A DNA stretch of 64,000 bases from Gekko japonicus (GCF_001447785.1 NW_015163102.1:875304-939303), one strand, 5' to 3'; positions 1 through 13,701 are shown, counted from the stretch's first letter. The notes: generated by a model not told the origin, from the letters alone. Made by a program: numbers and translations.

Positions 1-783
1 TTCAGAGTACAGGCTAAGAAATAAATTTGTAAATTGATTCTTAAGCATTTTTACCCACCCTTACATTAGATGATGAGCTTGAGCTGATTCTTTACAAGAG
101 TTTCCAAGCACTGCATCATGACAATTTTAATTTCTAGCAGAAAACATCCAAAGCTCATATGTGATGAAAAGTGTAGGGCTCCCCCCCCTTAAAAAAAAAA
201 CCACACCCACATTTTCAACCTTTAAAATCCCTGACAAACTATGTACAGATTACAGTTATTTTAAGCCCCACGTTTTGTGAGAGTTTGTATTTGAAAAGGA
301 ATGAGAGGGGGAGGAGGAAGAGAAGAAGATGAAGGGGATGTTTCCTGTGGGCAAAGTTTCATGCAGCAGTTCTCCAAGAAATTTAAAAGGGAAGATTTCA
401 ACTCCATGGTGAAGCAGAGACTTCAGAAGTCAGCCTCTTCAAACTGCACTTGAAGTTGATAGCTCAGAGTGAGGTGATTTTGGACCTGACTGTTTGAGGG
501 CTGGAGGGAAGTCAAGAGCAAGAATCTTGCTTGCTGAAGAAAAATCTTAGTCTTTGTTTATCCTGTAAAGCCCTGCAGCTCTTCCAGCTCATTTGTTCCC
601 CAGAGGGCTCCTTGGCAGCTCACAAAAACTTGCTTTCTGGTTGCTTAGGGCAGACTTGTACAGTCAAAAGTCCCAGAATAACCATCACAACAATGCAATC
701 ATGTATGTAAATTGAGCACACAGGTGAGATTCAGGTCATGTCTATGCAGAAAGGACAGAGGGGATTGAACTGGGGTTATCAGG

Positions 784-1014
784 TAGAAGAAAAAAAAGAG
801 TAGGCTTTTATGTCCTTTTGTGTCTCAAAGCAGCTTATAATCGCTCTCGCCTTATCTTTGTGAGGTACTTTGTGAGGTAGGTGGGGCTGAGAGAATTCAG
901 AGAGAACTGTGACTAGCCCAAGGTCACCCAGCAGGATTCATGTGGAAAAGTGGGGAATCTAACCCAGTTCTCCAAATTAGAGTCTGCTGTGCTTAACCAC
1001 TACACCATGCTGGC
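784..1014 (-). mobile_element. tRNA/CORE-type squamate SINE (Squam3-like)
   Basis: Reverse complement of the SINE at 5830-6079 (gcttaaccactacaccatgctggc head, cccaaggtcacccagc core, gtgaggtaggtggggctgagaga body). Confidence 0.8.
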
Positions 1015-1105
1015 AACCAGGGAAAGTGTTGTGTGGGGGAAGGGGGAGCATCCCAGGAGAAAAATTAAAAAGAAAACTGAGGCCTCATCTACTTCCAGAA
1101 AGTTT

Positions 1106-1285
1106 TTACCATAGAATTCCTTGCAATTCCTAGAACTACCTGGAAGTGACAAAGAGTAGCTCTCAGAATCACTGGAAACTCCATGGTAAAACCAGAAGTT
1201 CTTACTATAGAGTTTCCAGTGATTCCTAGAGCTCCACTTTGTCACTTCCAGGTAGCTCTAGGAATAACCAAGAGATCTATGGTAA
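1106..1285. repeat. Long inverted repeat, core of a palindromic MITE-like family
   Basis: About 84-bp arms 1106-1189 and 1202-1285 are near reverse complements. The ctctatggtaaaacc motif recurs near 27307, 33525 and 60528. Confidence 0.8.
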
Positions 1286-2375
1286 GATCTTCCTGTAAGT
1301 ATACAAGATCTTATTTTCTTTTTTTAAAAAAATATCCAGCTGCTGCTTCCAGCAGTGGCAGGCAACAGAATGTGGGTGTGGTATACCCCCCCGTGGGGGC
1401 TTGGGAGTCTGAGATTGAACCTTTTAACTGCTTCTTATTCCCTAACCAAGTCTGAGCTTCCAACATTTCTGTTAGCAATTTAATGGGGAGAAGGCAAGTC
1501 TTTAAAGGACATCTCTCTGCCTTCACCTTTAAATCAATAACAGTATGGTGTAGTCCAGTTTCGACTGGCAAAGCAAGTGGGGAGAGGATAGAAGATTAAG
1601 TCCCCTCTGCACATGAATTGTTGCTTCCCATGTTTCCTACTGGAGCTGCACACATGTACTAGTTACTTTTCACCAACAGAGACATGGATCCAGGGGTAAT
1701 TGCCACTGATGAAAAAGATTTCCATCAATGTGGTGGGACTTACTCCTCATTCTGCAAAGAAACCTCCAGCAATGAAAATCAGGAAAACATGGGTGTGTAT
1801 ATGCCTCTCTTCTCTTTTTTTAACTACTGAGATAGTAATTTAGGATTATGTCTATATGATACAAATTATTTCAGTAATACACATCAAGAAAGGGTGATAC
1901 CATTTGTCACAAATGTCAATCCTTTGAGAGGGCATGTTATTTTTAGCCCTGTCTTCTGTATAAACTGTCAATTAGGCATGCCTATCATTCCATCAGAGAT
2001 GGAAATACAAAAGAGTATATTTGTGCAATAGTGGCTTCAATCAATAGAAGATCAGACAACGGATCAATACCCTCCCTCTGTAAGGATGAATCAGCTAACA
2101 GTAAATGAAACAAATCCTTTCATTCAGAGAACAGCCATGCAATGAGAATGTTAATAGCTATAGCTGATGTTCATACCATAAGTCAAGTGAGCAACCAAAG
2201 TGGGAGAAGACATGTCCTCAGCTTGCATTCTATAAATATTGTCTGTTCCAGACTGTTAAGACTCCATCTGTACACCTGGAGAATGAACTAGGTCCCAGAT
2301 TCTCTAGCAGCAACTTTGTTTTGGAGTTCAGGGAAGTAAATTCATATAACCTTTCCCCCCATACACAGGTAAATA

Positions 2376-2508
2376 CCTTGTGATACTGTGACCCACAGGT
2401 AATACTGAGTGCCTTTCCTTGATTGTATGTACCTTGTGATACTGTGATCCACAGGTAAAACCAAGTGTCTTTCCTTGATTGTAAGTATCTTGTGATACTG
2501 TGATCCAC
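2376..2508. repeat. 56-bp tandem repeat, about 2.4 copies
   Basis: (c/t)cttgtgatactgtga starts at 2376, 2432 and 2488. Confidence 0.9.
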
Positions 2509-3166
2509 GAATAGACTTAAGGATTCTACTGTTGTATTCCCAATAGTTTCCCCAGCTAAATGGAAATGCTTGAGCCTGGTATTGGAGGCCTCCAGGTTTT
2601 GATGACGCAGATTATAACATTCAGAATGATGATTATGTATTGATGAATGTGAAGATTTCTTCACTGACACCACAATAAGGAAGCAGCTGACTTCATGGTG
2701 ATCATGTTCAGTAGGAACAGCCGTGGTCACTCATGAGCCAAGCCTCTGATGTCTCTGCCTTACCACCATCAGAATCTAACAGCTACTGAAGAACTTTGCA
2801 GCTACAAAGCAGCTGTTCTTGCCTTGCATGCACTTTTGCATCTGTGCTGCAGGTGAAACCATTTCTCCTCCAGGGTCATGGATAGTTCACTTGGGTACTT
2901 AAATGGCATCAGGTAGAACTACCCCTTGCATAAAGTTGCGCAAAAATGCATATTTACAAGATAACATTGGTAACATAGACTTAAGCAATAAGATGGGGGG
3001 GGGAGCCTTGTTTATGATGTACTGGTTTGTTGACTATTTATTTGAACACATTCATAGCCTGCATTATCTCCTTCACCTTATTTATATACCAGCCAGCTTG
3101 ATGACAGGGATGTTGGGGAGGGAATAGATCAGAACTCTCATCAGGTTGTGCATTGCACACTTTTGC

Positions 3167-3392
3167 ATTTATTTATTTATATCCCACTTTCCTCCCCACA
3201 GTCGGGACTCAAGGCAGCTTAGAATATTGTTCTTCCCTCCTCCATTTTCCCACAACAATAACCTGTGAGGTAGGCCCAGAGTGAGAGCTTGAGATGAGCG
3301 CAAAGTCACACAGTGACCTTCCGTGGTAATAGTGGGGATTCCAACCCAGATTGCCTAGGGTCCTAGTCCAACACACTGTGTACTGCACCACA
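3167..3392 (-). mobile_element. Older CORE/MIR-like SINE
   Basis: tttatttatttatatcccactttcctcccc tail, acaacaataacctgtgaggtagg, caaagtcacacagtga and ggattccaaccca in reverse orientation. Confidence 0.7.
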
Positions 3393-5377
3393 CTGAGAAT
3401 GTGCATGCATGAAAAACCACTGGCTGCACTGTGGCACTATACTGTTTAAATATCTGAAGAGTAACTCAATTAACAGGCTTAAGATGCAGCTGAACAGATT
3501 CATGAAAATTCAGCTCCCTGCTCTTGACTTGTGAACCAAATGTAAGCAGAACTGGCAGGTTGTTTGAGCATCCCTAAACCTCATAGACCTGCAAATGAGT
3601 GCTGTAAGGCATACTCATTAAGATTAAGCATGCCACGAGTCCCAGTTATCTTACTGCCTGTTTTCTAGCAGGCAGTTGTAGCCATTTGAGAAAAGGGAGA
3701 GGAGTTGCTGGAAAGCAACTCTGTTAACCGACTCAATCAGCCTGCCGGTTCCAAATCTCTAGCAGAATATTACTGAAGATATGGCTAGCATCTCCTCTCT
3801 CTCTCTCTCTCTCTCTCGGAGTCTCTTTTACCTTGTTAAGATTTTAATTGTTTCAAAAGCCTCTTGAACAGATGGGAAGGCAGCGTCAAAATGTCTTAGG
3901 TACTTTTTTGCAATTGCATTTGGCTGGTTCACAATCATACCTGAATGTGTAACATCTGTATAATGCTTCATCCCGATCCAGTTCTAATGCCACTTAGAAT
4001 GGTATTTACATGTGACTTGTTACTCCAGGATGTGGGTCAGTATGTGTGTTTCTAGTGAAATCAGTGCAGTGCAGAAAGTTCGCATTCACACCTGGATATG
4101 CATTGTACCTCAGACTGATGTCCCTGATTACTGATTCAGCCAGTTATGGTAGCCTATTTCCATGCATACATCTCCTTTGATAGAGGGGGACTCCTGTACG
4201 CAGGGAGTATGTCTAAGTGAGAAGATTCTTTTTCAGGGGAAGCATCATCATAACAGAATTGTGTACTGCAATTGTAATACCTTGACCTTATCCATAAGAT
4301 CTATTTTGACTCTCATGGAAAGAAGTGGCTCAAAGTCATTCAGAACTAATAATCATGAAAGGTCAAAACAGAAAGCAGTTTGATTGATTGGTAGCCAGGG
4401 CACGGAAATCCACACAAAGAGAGGAGGAGGAAGAGGGAGATGATTAGCTGGCAGCCATAGCAAGATGAGACACTAAGAGGAGTGGGATATTCACAAAGAA
4501 GGATTGCTAGAAAAGAATGTGGAATGAAAGGAAAGTGTTTTATATAACTAGAGCCCTGGGGGTATTTGTTTTGATTGATCCAGAGATCTCCTTGATTACA
4601 AGTCTCATCCAGTTTCCTATGTGGCTGTCTACAAAAGGGACTCGGAAGCCCAGATATTGTATTGGCATCTCTTTTCTTGCCGACTGATGACCTGACCCCA
4701 GCAGCCAATGTTGGATTTTTTCCCTAGCCTAGGGCAATGCCCTTTTTACATCACCTTCCCGGCTCTGACCACCTGCAGGATTCTTTGTAGGTTAGGTGAC
4801 TGTCACATGAGGCTCCTACTGGTTAGCAAATGGCATGACTGCATTGGAGCGTTCTTTCATTACACGACCCTACTTTGATGTATCAGAGATTTCTTCTTTT
4901 TTAAATAGTAGAATTCAGCTTTTTCATAACTTTGGCTTTGCATTTGATTCGTCAAAAAGCAGTGTTCTGACCATTCACACTACAGAAGATATATTTAAAG
5001 GGTTGTTTCCCACCCTGGGGCAATCCAGTGCTCTACAGACTACTTGGTCTTTTTCCAAATTAATTGTAAAAGATAAAATATATGCAAAGATCTTTAACTT
5101 ATGTAACTCTTAGAATTGCCTCAGGACACCCACCCACCCCCGCAATATAAAATGTAGATAATCTGGCACAGGGGTCTCCAGTGCCTGGCAGCTCTTTTCC
5201 TGGTGCCCATCTACTGTTTCTAGAAAGTGGGCTGAGTCAGGTGGGGCTTTTGCACATCTTTGCTTTTGACTGGCGACTGGAGATCTGATTGGCCACGCAG
5301 ATCCAAAAACACATTGCTTCAGTAGCAGCTGCCACCACAGCATAACAATCTTTACTCTATGACTGAAGGTAAACTGT

Positions 5378-5760
5378 GGCCTCTTCCATGATAGACCTTT
5401 AATACTGGTTCAGCACTGTCTCCTACTAGCTATTCGGTGCTACACTCTCTTTTTATACCTTTTTTTTTTTGTCAATTCTGCATTACATTGTGGTCACCCT
5501 TGGTTCAGACTGCCATTTCCCCAGGGTATATGGATCCTGTTTAACTTGGTTTTGACCCCCCCCCCCTTACCATCATACCTAAGACATTAAACCCCTGTTT
5601 ACTGTTCACAATGCAGAAAGTATAACCCAGGGCAGGCAAGCAAATTCAAGCAGGACAAAATTAGCTCAGAAAACAACAGAAACAGAGATAACAGCGAGGT
5701 AAATGGCTGCAAGTCGAACACAGAGAAAACCCTGGGTGAGGTCCAAGTGCGGAAAGGGCC
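5378..5760. mobile_element. PIF/Harbinger-like MITE
   Basis: Imperfect TIRs ggcctcttcc...ggaaagggcc flanked by a 3-bp TSD TGT (5375-5377 and 5761-5763). Confidence 0.65.
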
Positions 5761-5829
5761 TGTGTGTGAGCAAGAATCATTTTTAAGTATGTGTATTTAA
5801 AAGGGTATTCTGTTAAGCAGAACATCTTG

Positions 5830-6079
5830 AGAGCCAGTGTGGTGTAGTGGTTGAGAGCAGCGGATTCTAATCTGAAGAACTGGGTTTAATTCCCCCACTC
5901 CTCTGCATGTAGCCAGCTGGGTGACCTTGGGCCAGTCACAGTTCTCTCAGAACTCTCTCAGCCCCACCTACCTCACAAGGTGACTGTTGTAGGAGAGGAA
6001 GGGAATGGTGATTGTAAGCCACTTTGAGTCTCTTTAGGGGGAAGAAAAGGGGGGTATAAAAACCAACTCTTCTTCTTCC
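5830..6079 (+). mobile_element. tRNA/CORE-type squamate SINE (Squam3-like), full length
   Basis: A-box tggtgtagtgg, B-box-like gggtttaattcccc, core gtgaccttgggccagtcac, 3' ggggtataaaaaccaactcttcttctt tail. Confidence 0.85.
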
Positions 6080-6444
6080 TGAAATGTTAAAGAAGTACCG
6101 TAACCTCACTCTCTGATATTTTCTGGTTGGCTTCACCACCCGTGGCACCCATTTTGTGTTTGGTTCCATCTGCAGCAGCTGATTTGTGGTTGATTCTGCC
6201 TGCTATGGCAGCCTCTTTCTTGGTGCATTCACTGTGCTCTGCTAGAGCCAGAAAGGTCCCTACAGTCTCAGAAAATGTTGAGAACCCCTGTTCCAGCACA
6301 TATGTCCTCTCTTGTGCCAGCTGCCCAAGAGTCTGCTATGTTCAGTGGCTGGGGGAATTTTGTGGTTGGAAGAAATTGCCTCACTAACTGCTTGAAAAAT
6401 TACCTTCTATCTAGAGCAAGGCCAAGTTTAAAAAACAAAATCCT

Positions 6445-6650
6445 GCCCTCACCTGGATAGCCCAGGCAAGCCTGATCTCATCAGATCTCAGAAGCTAAGC
6501 AAGGTCGACTCTGACAAGTATTTGGATGGGAGACCTCCTTGGAATACCAGCAGTCGGGAGCCAGGGGCAGACTTTATTCAGCCACCTCTCTGAATATCCT
6601 CCAGGCCTGCAATAGAGGTCAGTCACCAGAGGTCACCATGACTTCCAGGT
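6445..6650 (+). mobile_element. 5S rRNA-derived SINE (SINE3 type)
   Basis: gcctgatctcatcagatctcagaagctaagcaaggtc...gtatttggatgggagacctccttggaatacc matches the vertebrate 5S rRNA internal control region; it continues into a non-5S tail and (CA)n. Confidence 0.8.
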
Positions 6651-7038
6651 GCACACACACTCACATGCACACACACACATACACACACATGAAAAATACA
6701 AAAATAATAATATTTCCTGACTAGCCTCAAGGGAAGCAGTGCACACTGCTGTACTGCAGCAGTGGAATAAGTAGGAGAGACGTGGCTCAAACAGCCATCA
6801 GAAACTATGCAGCAAAGAAATGGGTTCTATCTGTTTGGATAGAAGACCCTGCTGATAGAGGGATGGGCACAACATCTGTCCCAGAAGAACTGTTGAAGAC
6901 TAACTGGTCCCTTCTAAAATTAAGGGAGGTGGCATTACGATAGATTCCTCCTAAGAACAGAATGAAGCCCTGTGGCTATTATTTTGTGACATTCGTTTCT
7001 CTATAAGAAGGTAAATTTTTATTCTGTAAATCAACATT

Positions 7039-7587
7039 GGCCCCGTTCATATGGAGCATTTGCCACCCTAAAGATACGGATGATAGGCGGATTTTCCGGG
7101 TGCGATCACACCGCAACATCTGGGAAGCGTAGTTCTCCCGTGGCTAACCCGTGGCTTCCCGCCAAAGATGCGGAGTAAAAAACTAGTACTTATGATGTAC
7201 TGGTTTCCAGAAAACGCGGGGCAAGGGCGGGCGTCTGATCACATTTCCACTGGAAACCCATGGCATCCGGCACCTGCCCATGTCCCCTTGCAAACCGGAT
7301 TTTTTTTAAAGTCCCCACAGAATGCGCACAAACGATCATGCACATGCGCAAACTTCAGTGAGACAAACAAAAAATCCCGCTTGCCACAGTAGCAGTGCTG
7401 TGCGATTGCCGGTGTGAATGCGCTGTGCTGCTTCTTTGCCATGCTGCAAACTAGCCGCTTGATCGGCACCTAACGCCTAACCATGGGACATCGACAGGAC
7501 GTCTGATCGGGCTGCCACACATTACTTTGTTCCGGGGCAAACAGCCACGCTTCCCCCCTGCATTTTCTTGCCAGTGTGACCGGGGCC
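7039..7587. mobile_element. PIF/Harbinger-like MITE, family A
   Basis: TIRs ggccccgttca...tgaccggggcc; flanks att/ata; CpG-rich body homologous to 13702-14210 and 19883-20463. Confidence 0.8.
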
Positions 7588-8035
7588 ATAGTTCATCAAT
7601 TACTTTTAGAGCTACAAGCACTAGTGTACATTATTTATACATTGAATTGTATCCTACCACTCCACTTAGCCCTCCTCTCTTGAAGATGCTCAGAAGCCCA
7701 AAGAAAACTTTTTAGGCCATAGGAAGGCTTCATGCTTGACTGAATAGAATGGTATGATACAAGCCAATGTATAAATAATGTGCACTCATGCTTGTAGCTC
7801 CAGATGACAAGAAAGAAATCCAAGCCTCCACAATCTATATGAAAAGGCTCTGGAAGACAATGGGGTGTGTGTGTGAAATACATTTAAATTGAATTATGGC
7901 TAGCAAAACAGAGTGGTGCATCTTTGTTGTATATTGACATCTGTTTTGTATCCAACACCATTTAATCCATTGAAGTACACAACACATATTTTGTTCTCCT
8001 TTTAGATTCTTCAGAAGGTAACATTTCTCCATCAT

Positions 8036-8452
8036 GGCCCCTGCCACACGGCAGGGGAAAAGCCTCTAAAAGCGCGGCTTTTAAAAGCCACGCCAAAGTT
8101 GAGACGCCGCGGCGGGATCCCATGGATCAGACGCCGGGGAGAAACCAGGGCCCTGACAGGGAGCCTGCCGAACTGCACATGCTCCGATATGTCGGAGCAT
8201 GCGCAGTTCGGCTAGGGGCCGGGGATGCGCTGGCGCAAAGACGGCCGGCGATCCGACGGCCCGGCTTGCGGCACTTCATCCAGATGAACCACCTCGGTAG
8301 GTGGTTCACTTTTGACGCGCCGCAGCTGGGGAAAGGGCCAGATTGGAGACGGGAGCGCCACGCCAGCCAGAAGTTGGCGTGGGATCGTGCCCGTTTGCTC
8401 CGTCTCCAATCTGGTCCACTCCCGGCCCAAAACGCCTCGTGTGAACGGGGCC
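8036..8452. mobile_element. PIF/Harbinger-like MITE, family B
   Basis: TIRs ggcccctgccacacg...cgtgtgaacggggcc; body homologous (inverted) to 12893-13112. No clear TSD. Confidence 0.75.
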
Positions 8453-8570
8453 ATGTCCTGATTTTTTCTCTCTCTTCTCTCATTTTGTTTTGTTCCAAAC
8501 ATCTAACCTAAAGAAGAGTTGTGGGGAATTTCAACCCTTGTGGGTTTTTGTTGATACTATTTAATTTGGA

Positions 8571-8790
8571 TTGGTGGTGGAGGAAAATGCCACCAAGTCA
8601 CAGCCAATTTATGGCAACCCCATAGGGGTTTTCAAGGCCAGAGATGTTCAGAGGTGGCTTGCCATTGCCTGCCTCTGCACTGCGGCCTTGGTAATCCTTG
8701 GTGGTCTCCCATCCAAATATGAACCAGGGTCAAACCTGCTTAGCTTTCGGGATCTGAAAAGATTAGACTAGTTTGAGCTATCCAGGTCAG
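8571..8790 (-). mobile_element. 5S rRNA-derived SINE with RTE-like tail
   Basis: ggtctcccatccaaata...ctgcttagctttcgggatctga is the reverse complement of the 5S-like head; the tail matches 48866-48955. Confidence 0.8.
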
Positions 8791-11700
8791 AATATATACT
8801 CAATTTATAGTCTGGCTTTTTCACCGAGACTCAAGGCAGATTTCAAAAAATTTAAATGGTGCACTAAAACTGTATAATATGACAATGCAATACAATAAAA
8901 TTAGATCAGTGATGGGAAGAGCCGTCAACTTCCTGCTGACCTATGCTGACCCTGTGTCATTTTCAAGGCAAGAAATAGACAGAACTGATTTGTCTTTGCC
9001 TGCTTCTGTGCAGTAACCCTGGACTAGGAGATTACAAAACATAACAAAGAGGAGAGATACATTTATTTTACCACTTTGAAGTATGTAGCCAAATTGTGAT
9101 TTTAATTCTGCTTTCTCCTAGATAGTGGCCCCACTTTTTATACTTCTGGAAACAGACAGAGCTAGAAGATAATTGCTGTGAAAACAGCAGTTGGCTTTTA
9201 TAAGGACAAAATTAAACTGACCTTAGTCCACCGACAGAGTTGCCCATTTATGCTATATGACTTTTATTCAAAGTACCATGTTGACCAACCCGCATTTAGT
9301 AATCCCAGAGATTTCATATGCACACATCAGAACAGAATCTAAGTATTTTTCTCTCTCCCTGGGGGTAGCCACCACATTTCAAGATCCATGTGCTGGCAGT
9401 TTAGACTGCTGCGACAACTTCCTTACTACAGCTATCAGGGTGATTAAAATTGTATCAAGCCAGGCTTAAAAAATATATGGAACTGTTTCATTTTGTATAA
9501 GACACTGCTCTTGCTAGCTGCCACTGCCTGTAGCAGCTGTTACCTCATCCATCTAGGCAATCCTCCAAAACTCCTGGGTAAATATCTCTCAGCAGAAGCC
9601 TTCCTAATGAAAAACAGAAGTCTAAATAAATGTGTTGTTAGATGTCTGTAGGACTCCTTGGGCTTCAACAGAGCAACAAAATGGATAAGTTCTAAAACCT
9701 GACCAGTTTCCGTGAAGAGTCTTTATGATACAACAATAGTTTCCAGAACTGTGAGAGTAACTACAGATGATGGCCTGTTATGCACAGGTGTTTTCCCTTG
9801 CTTTCACCATGCATGTCCATCGGGTTTTGTTTGTTGTTCTGCATTGATTTTCTTTCCTTCAGTGCTCAGTTCGCTTTCTGGTCACTGTTTCCCTGGGTCT
9901 TCTGAAGGTGCTTTTGTGCCAATTTGTTCTCTTGTTTTGCTTCCAAACTGAAAGTAATTCAAAGGCATTCAGATTCCCTTGAATTTTCCCTGCCCTTTTG
10001 CCGCCCCTCGAAGGTCACTCCCCCGCCCACATCAAGGTCAATCTGCCCACTCTGCACCTTCGGCCATCCTTGCCCCTTCATCGGTGTACAAGCTCCATTT
10101 CCCCCTCATTTTTATTTTATTTTTTATAAGTGGCATGAATCTAGCAATATACTATCACTAGTCTTAGATTGCTGAATAAAAATAATAATAATTGGGGGGG
10201 GGGGGTTTAAAAGGAGCTGCACAAGGTTTAGTTCCCTGCTGGTATTGCCTTGAAAGGGGGATTGGAGAGGAGAAAAAAATAGCAGCTTCCCCAGTTCAAA
10301 TAAATAAATAAATAAATCAGTTCTGTATGCAAATAAAATAAAGGGCTGGGGGTTGTTGGCGCAGAATTAAATTAACATGAGATGTAAAAAGAGAGAGGAT
10401 AGGATAGGAAGCCTAAAGCTTTGAAGACATTTTCCCCCTTGAATGCTTTAGAGAACAATGTTTTTTGGGGAAGCTATTTTGGCAGTCTCTGGAAGCCTAA
10501 CATTAAAATGTCAGCTGAGCAACGTGGATCTTCTGCAAAGCGCCAAATTTAAAAATCGCTTGGGATTGATCCATTTGGAGGACAAAGTGCTATCTGCATA
10601 TGACAGGCTCTAAAAAACTGCCAAGATCATGACCAGTGTGCAGGATCAAATTAGAGAATTAAAAAGAGAAAACCATGCAACTTTGCAAAAAAGGGCAGGA
10701 AATTAGCATTGGTATGCAGCTGTGCTTGGGCATTGGTTTAAAAAAACAAACAAAACTTTGTTTTCCAATTCAGTGGCACAAGACCAAAAAGGCTCTTTAG
10801 AGCTTCTGCCAGAGGACGTCTTCCCCATACAAATTGAAGCCCTGTACAAAGTGTGGTGGATTTGCAGCCAATTTTGCACAGGTATGCATGCACACACACA
10901 CACATTCCCAGCAATCACAGCTTGCAATGCCAGTGGGTTCTACTGTGCATTCTGTACATTCAGCATGGTCCTGCATATGAGATCGTGTGACTCCTATTTT
11001 TCACAGTGGCCAATAACACAGCAGAGAATTTCCTAGTGCTGGCAATGTGGAAAAAATGTGGGTTTGCAGCTGTTTGTCAGTTTCAAAAAAAGTCTGGTCA
11101 TTTTCAACATTGGGTTCCCCCCTTTGCCTGCCTTACTTTCTGTTCCCTTTCATTCAAGAAACACTAAAATGCATGTGCAAAACCTGACTCCTGGAGAAAA
11201 TGGCTGCTTTGGAAGGTGGACTCTTTGGTATTATACCTCACTGAAGTCCTTCCCATCTCCAAATCCCGGTCTCCTCAGGCTCTACCTCAAAATCACCAGG
11301 TACTTCCCAAATCAGAGCTGGAGCCTAGGGATAGAAGATTCCATGCTAAGAGAGCAAGGTGGTTGGTTAGGGAATGGCAATACATTCTGTCTGTGTAGAG
11401 GCAGTGCAGCTTGTGTAGAGTGATGGTTCTACCCAGCCAGAGGGGGAAAATGTAGCTCATCTCATTAATAATTGCATAAGTGGAGAGGGACAACACCTAA
11501 CCTGTCTAAACGAGGCTACTGGATGATACTCAAGGCACCCATTCTAAATCCTAATCTATTCAATGGTTTTCTCAGATAATTTTGCAAGTATTCTGTGCCG
11601 CAATTCAGTCTGTAGAGTGATGAAGCTTAATAGGAACAAAGGGAGTGATCCTAAACAGGTTCACTTGCAAGAAAGTCCCATTTCATACAGTGCAGTTTAC

Positions 11701-12019
11701 TCACAGGCAAGGGTTTCCTTCTGTATAAATACAGCAGTAAGATACGTGTACTGTCTACGTGTAGGAGAAACTGCTGTGTGGGACAAAGGATGTGCATGAA
11801 GTCCCTACTGTGCTTCTTATTAGGAATGTTCAGATACCAGCTGGTTTAGCTCGCTTCACTTCTGATCAGGCTATTGGGTGTTTGCAGCCTCATCAATAGG
11901 CTGGTTGCAGCAGAGGATCTGAAGCTGACTACCAACCAGTCCCCTATCAGCTGGGAGTCAGCTTCTGACCTTTGACTGGGAAACTTCTCTAGATTGCCAA
12001 GAATATCTGCTCTGGAGTG

Positions 12020-12305
12020 AGAGCCAGTTTGGTACAGTGGTTAATTGTGTGAACTCTGATCAGGGAGAACCAGGTTTGATTCCCCACTCCTACACTTGCA
12101 GCTGCTGGATGACCTTGGGCAAGCCATAGCTCTGTCAGAGATGTTCTTGAAAGAGCAGTTTTTTGGGAGAGCTCTCTCATCCCCACCTACCTCACAGGGT
12201 GTCTGTTGTGGGGAGGAGAAAGGAAAGGAGACCGTAAGCCACTTTGAGACTCCGACTGAAGGGCAGGATATAAATCCAATCTCCTCCTCCTCCTCCATCT
12301 TCTTT
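12020..12305 (+). mobile_element. Squam3-like SINE
   Basis: Same head, core and tail as 5830-6079; (CCT)n tail. Confidence 0.85.
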
Positions 12306-12697
12306 TCCAATGCCCCCCAAATCACAGTTCACTAGATCTGAAACCTCTGTTTCGCAGCTCTTTGCATTGTTCTGCCTGAGATGAACAAATCTGTGTTCAC
12401 CTCATGATCTGACCACATGTCTCAAGCATAGGATGTTTTGCTGCCAAACAGGCTAACTGTTAAATTTGCAGCCTCCTTACCTCTCATCAAAGTGGAAGCT
12501 GGGAAAAGGCAAAGTCAAGCAGTGCAATGAAGACCAGGATGGCCTTCATAGTGTGAAAGTACAGTAATCTGAGAAGGGTGGATATCTATCTGTCCAGTAT
12601 GTTTTTATCCCGATATTCCTCCAAGGAGCTCAGTGTGGCATACATGGTTCTTCCTTCCTCACTCTATCCTCAAAACAACCTTCTGAGATAAGTTATT

Positions 12698-12699
<2 letters not shown>

Positions 12700-12740
<41 letters not shown>

Positions 12741-12781
12741 CCAGCCAGCCAGCCAGTCAGCCAGTCAGTCAGTCAGTCAGT
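12700..12781. repeat. Compound microsatellite (GA)n-(CAGC/CAGT)n inside an old minus-strand SINE
   Basis: Read directly from the sequence. Confidence 0.95.
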
Positions 12782-12892
12782 GGTCACTTGGGAGAAAACT
12801 TTGTAACAGGGTGCGGATTTGACCCTAAAAGTCCCCAATCAATCTGATTTTCTAACCATGCATTTTACTAGCTGATCTAATAGCTAAACAGA

Positions 12893-13112
12893 GGCCCTGT
12901 TCATACGAGCCCATTTGGGCCGGGAGCGGGACGGAACTGGGGCGGAGCAAACAGGCGCGATCTCACCTCAACATCTGGGGAGCGTGCCGTCTCCGTCCCT
13001 GATCTGTCCCAACAGCCCATACTGCGCCGTAAAAAAGAACCACCTCTCTAGGTGGTTGCATCCATTGGTGCGGCTCAGGCCAGGCTGTGGGATCGGCGGC
13101 GTGTCCTTGCGC
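12893..13112. mobile_element. Truncated Harbinger-like MITE, family B
   Basis: One TIR (ggccctgttcatacg); body is the reverse complement of about 8230-8452; second TIR missing. Confidence 0.75.
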
Positions 13113-13701
13113 GATCTGATTTTCTAACCATGCACTATACTAGCTGATCTAATAGCTAAACTAATTGCTGTATAGTAGTATCTGGTTAGTAATAAGATCA
13201 GAGAGCATTTGCTGTATAGTAATATCTGGTTAGTAATAAGATCAGAGAGCATCTCAGTGCTTTTTCATCGTGGATAGGGCAGGGTTGAGTGAAGTCCCTT
13301 GGCTTTGTTCCATTGTTGTTTCTCAGATTGCCTGTAGTAAGCATTCCATTCTTCTGGCTTTTGTCTGTTCACAATTTTTTTCCTCTTCCTTTTCACTCTC
13401 CAAAATGTATATGCACATTTTGCTATTCAACGTGACGTTTCATATGACTGTGAAGTCTTGAATATTGCAGTCATACATTATTGCCCAAGGATGTGGTGTG
13501 TATTTGTAGTGGGGGACATAGGAGGTGTAATACACTGGTGTCTGGGATCAGTTGCTGTTCCCTGTCTTACACTTCGTATGGGCTTTTGCACATTTTGTAT
13601 CAAATTAAAACATAATTTATGATAGGGTGCTTGCAAGGATTTGTGGGGGCATCTCATTTCCCCTCCCCTAGTATTCATTATCTTCCCTGAAAGTCCACAT
13701 A

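Noticed and set aside
2376-2508. CRISPR-like repeat/spacer pattern
   Set aside because: The intervening segments are homologous to each other, so it is a simple tandem repeat in a vertebrate genome.
5830-5900. tRNA gene
   Set aside because: A and B boxes belong to a SINE head; no complete cloverleaf.
6465-6555. 5S rRNA gene
   Set aside because: Lacks the 5S 5' end, is diverged and continues into a tail, like the other dispersed copies: a SINE head, not a gene.
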